Shown here piece after piece: positions 62,301 to 64,000 of a DNA stretch of 64,000 bases. The first letter of the stretch is position 1. Each line of letters starts with the position of its first letter. The DNA is from Amoebophrya sp. A120 (taxonomy: Eukaryota; Protista; Dinoflagellata): assembly GCA_905178155.1 (NCBI GenBank), contig CAJINV010000007.1:1519341-1583340 (forward strand), read 5' to 3'. The notes beneath the pieces are model-generated. The model worked only from the letters and a program-made list of their open reading frames with translations. It made no database searches and was not told where the DNA came from. Position numbers and translations under genes: made by a program.

Positions 62301-64000
62301 AGCAGCTGCTCAGGGGGAGCTGCCGGGCATCATGAGTAGTACAACTAACACATCTTCAGACCAACTTGTGCTTGTTCCTACTTTCGCAGGAGAGCACCGA
62401 CCTGGTCTGAGTAGAGACCCGCGAGTACGAGGGTCTGGCGAAGTAGTCGATCGCGACACGACGACCAGGGACAGGATTTTTATAGACCCGAGCAGGAACA
62501 CGAACAACTACAACAAGAACAAATGGGCCACCAGCACCTCCTCCTGCTCCTCCGAGGGAGCTCCTGCAGAAGCAGAGCCCCCGCTTGTTCCGAATGAAGA
62601 TCGGAACATCAGGAACAGCTTTGGAGATCGTGACCACGACACGACCCTGCGGTCTACTTCCTCCTCACTCGTGTTGCAGCGCGGGCCGTCGTTATCGTCG
62701 TCTCGATTGACTGACCCGGTGGTCGTCGGAGAAAATGACATGATGAGCAGTGCTGTCACTGTAGTGGTCGAGAACAATAGCGAAGATGGCCTGTTTACAG
62801 CACCAGAACCCACCTCCGCAACGGGTGGACCGCCGCGCAGGAGCACGACAGTAAAAAACCTCACACATGATCGTGATTCAAAGCAAAATCTAAATCGGGA
62901 AATCAACAAAATCCCTTCACACGAGTCGTCCAGTAGCAGCGGCTTTCACACGGCAGAAGAGTTCTTCTCCGAAGATCAGATATTCGTAAACGGCACGGCG
63001 GGAAGAGTTGTTGTCGTTGGGGCCTCGTTATGAATTGCAAAAGTACTATCGCACACGTACTAATCGCAGTCATGCAACAAGACAAGTTTCTTTTCCAAGC
63101 TAGATCAGCATGAGAAATTGCATTTGTCATGTTGAGCTAATTTGTATTGCAATACTACGAGCACGATACTTTTGCATTGCATGCTTGTCCTCCTCCTCGG
63201 GATCATCCTCCAGCGCGCCAGACTACAGTTTCCTACCGTCCCTGCGCAGCGAGGGAAGTGCTGTAGCAGGGGCGGTGACGACTTCGGCTACGATGAGCGC
63301 TCAACGAGTTGTACTACAACAACCCGAGGGGGAAACGACCAGCGGGGGTGACATATTAGAAGTAGCGGCGGAGAACGTCGTAGAGCTGCATCCAGACGAC
63401 GGCGAGAATGATGTTGATATTCGAGAGCAAGAAACGCAGAATCGTCAAGAACAAGACATTCTTGGCGATGAAACGATCGGAAAAAATCACACAGTGAAAC
63501 AACAATTAATGCTACCTCGAGATCATGGACAGGAAGGTAATCATCGTGAGAAGAGGACCATTGCACCGTTGGGTCTTGTTTCAGGACCTGCTACCGCATC
63601 ACCATCTTTGCTAGGTGACGATGTTGACGACCAGGAGGAGTTATTTTCCGCCAGGCAAGAAATAAACTATAACCAGCACACAACCGCAGAACCTTCTCTC
63701 GTCGACGACGTCCCACCCAACAGAACCGCACTGCCTTTACTTTCGCACCGATCGCCGAGAGAAGCCGCGGGAGCCATCAGGAAGATCGCAGACACTCACG
63801 ACGAAGTAGAGCAGCACGAAGATCATGTGGGCGGGGAGCAGTTGTACCGGCGCCGGAACCTGCATAAAAATCCCTCGTCGTCTCGAGGCAGGACGAGCGA
63901 CAACAACCTCCTGACAGCACGACCAGACCGCATCATCCTAACCGTGGACCAACTCGAGCAGCTCGTGCTGTTTCCCCGCTCCCTATTAGAGTGCACAACT
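56351..64000 (+). CDS. 3'-truncated multi-pass membrane protein, possibly amino-acid/auxin permease (AAAP)-like; split by at least 11 introners
   Basis: AAFLIALNFEQVGLGVLFIPYSYVLDG resembles AAAP TM1. Further hydrophobic exons at ~57600, 59840, 60000, 60820 and 61100-61290. Introner joins are in frame; exon structure at 58330-58500 and 59130-59240 is unresolved. Confidence 0.6.
57281..57597. mobile_element. Introner, family A (old; orientation like 21454)
   Basis: Degenerate TIR; DR AACTC/AGCGC; removal opens a TM-coding exon. Confidence 0.65.
57718..57979. mobile_element. Introner, family A
   Basis: Near-perfect TIR; DR ATGCT. Confidence 0.95.
58027..58288. mobile_element. Introner, family A
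   Basis: Near-perfect TIR; DR GACCT. Confidence 0.95.
58635..58761. mobile_element. Short degenerate introner (singleton)
   Basis: TIR TATGCCCTGAAAT..TTAACCA..CCCCATCCA / TGGATGGGG..TGGTTGATTTTCAAGGAATA; DR CTACG/CTGCT. Confidence 0.7.
59294..59443. mobile_element. Introner, family E; equivalent to canonical GT-AG intron 59293-59447
   Basis: TIR; perfect DR GAAGG. Confidence 0.92.
59472..59812. mobile_element. Introner, family A
   Basis: Left TIR and interior match 52548; DR TGTCC/TGTCT; join NYVS-QLF. Confidence 0.85.
60596..60755. mobile_element. Introner, family E
   Basis: TIR; DR GGAGC/GAAGC. Confidence 0.88.
60873..61021. mobile_element. Introner, family E
   Basis: TIR; DR AACCA. 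Confidence 0.92.
61297..61606. mobile_element. Introner (singleton), stop-free in the host frame
   Basis: TIR TATGAC..CTGTTACAA / TTGTAACAG..GTTATA; DR GTCCA. Confidence 0.85.
61671..61994. mobile_element. Introner, family F
   Basis: TIR; DR AGAAC; homologous to 45798. Confidence 0.93.
63029..63183. mobile_element. Introner, family E
   Basis: TIR; DR CTCGT/CTTGT; downstream frame appears open to the window end. Confidence 0.87.

Noticed and set aside
278-63566. Numerous minus-strand and alternate-frame ORFs in the track
   Set aside because: They are shadows of GC-rich low-complexity + strand exons or read through introner sequence, with no independent domain signal.

Overview
Eukaryotic genomic DNA. 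The gene architecture points to the parasitic dinoflagellate Amoebophrya (A120-like; inferred, not database-confirmed). About 11 genes lie on the + strand with none on the -, most encoding long low-complexity or coiled-coil proteins. The dominant signal is 32 short (127-464 bp) inverted-repeat elements with 5'-TAT...ATA-3' consensus ends, each flanked by a 5-bp direct repeat (18 perfect, 10 with one mismatch, 4 with two). All sit inside coding sequence, and removing the element plus one repeat copy restores the frame in every case traced: non-canonical introner introns. They form at least 6 TIR families, occur in both orientations, and share an internal TTGT(C/G/A)ATGC motif. One further element has a 9-bp direct repeat and telomere-like repeats. 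Reconstructed proteins include two adjacent SAM-domain genes, a multi-pass membrane protein with an AAAP-like first helix, a tandem pair of putative secreted proteins with xFLE motifs, and a tandem pair sharing an unnamed helical domain. All gene models are manual and lack transcript support.
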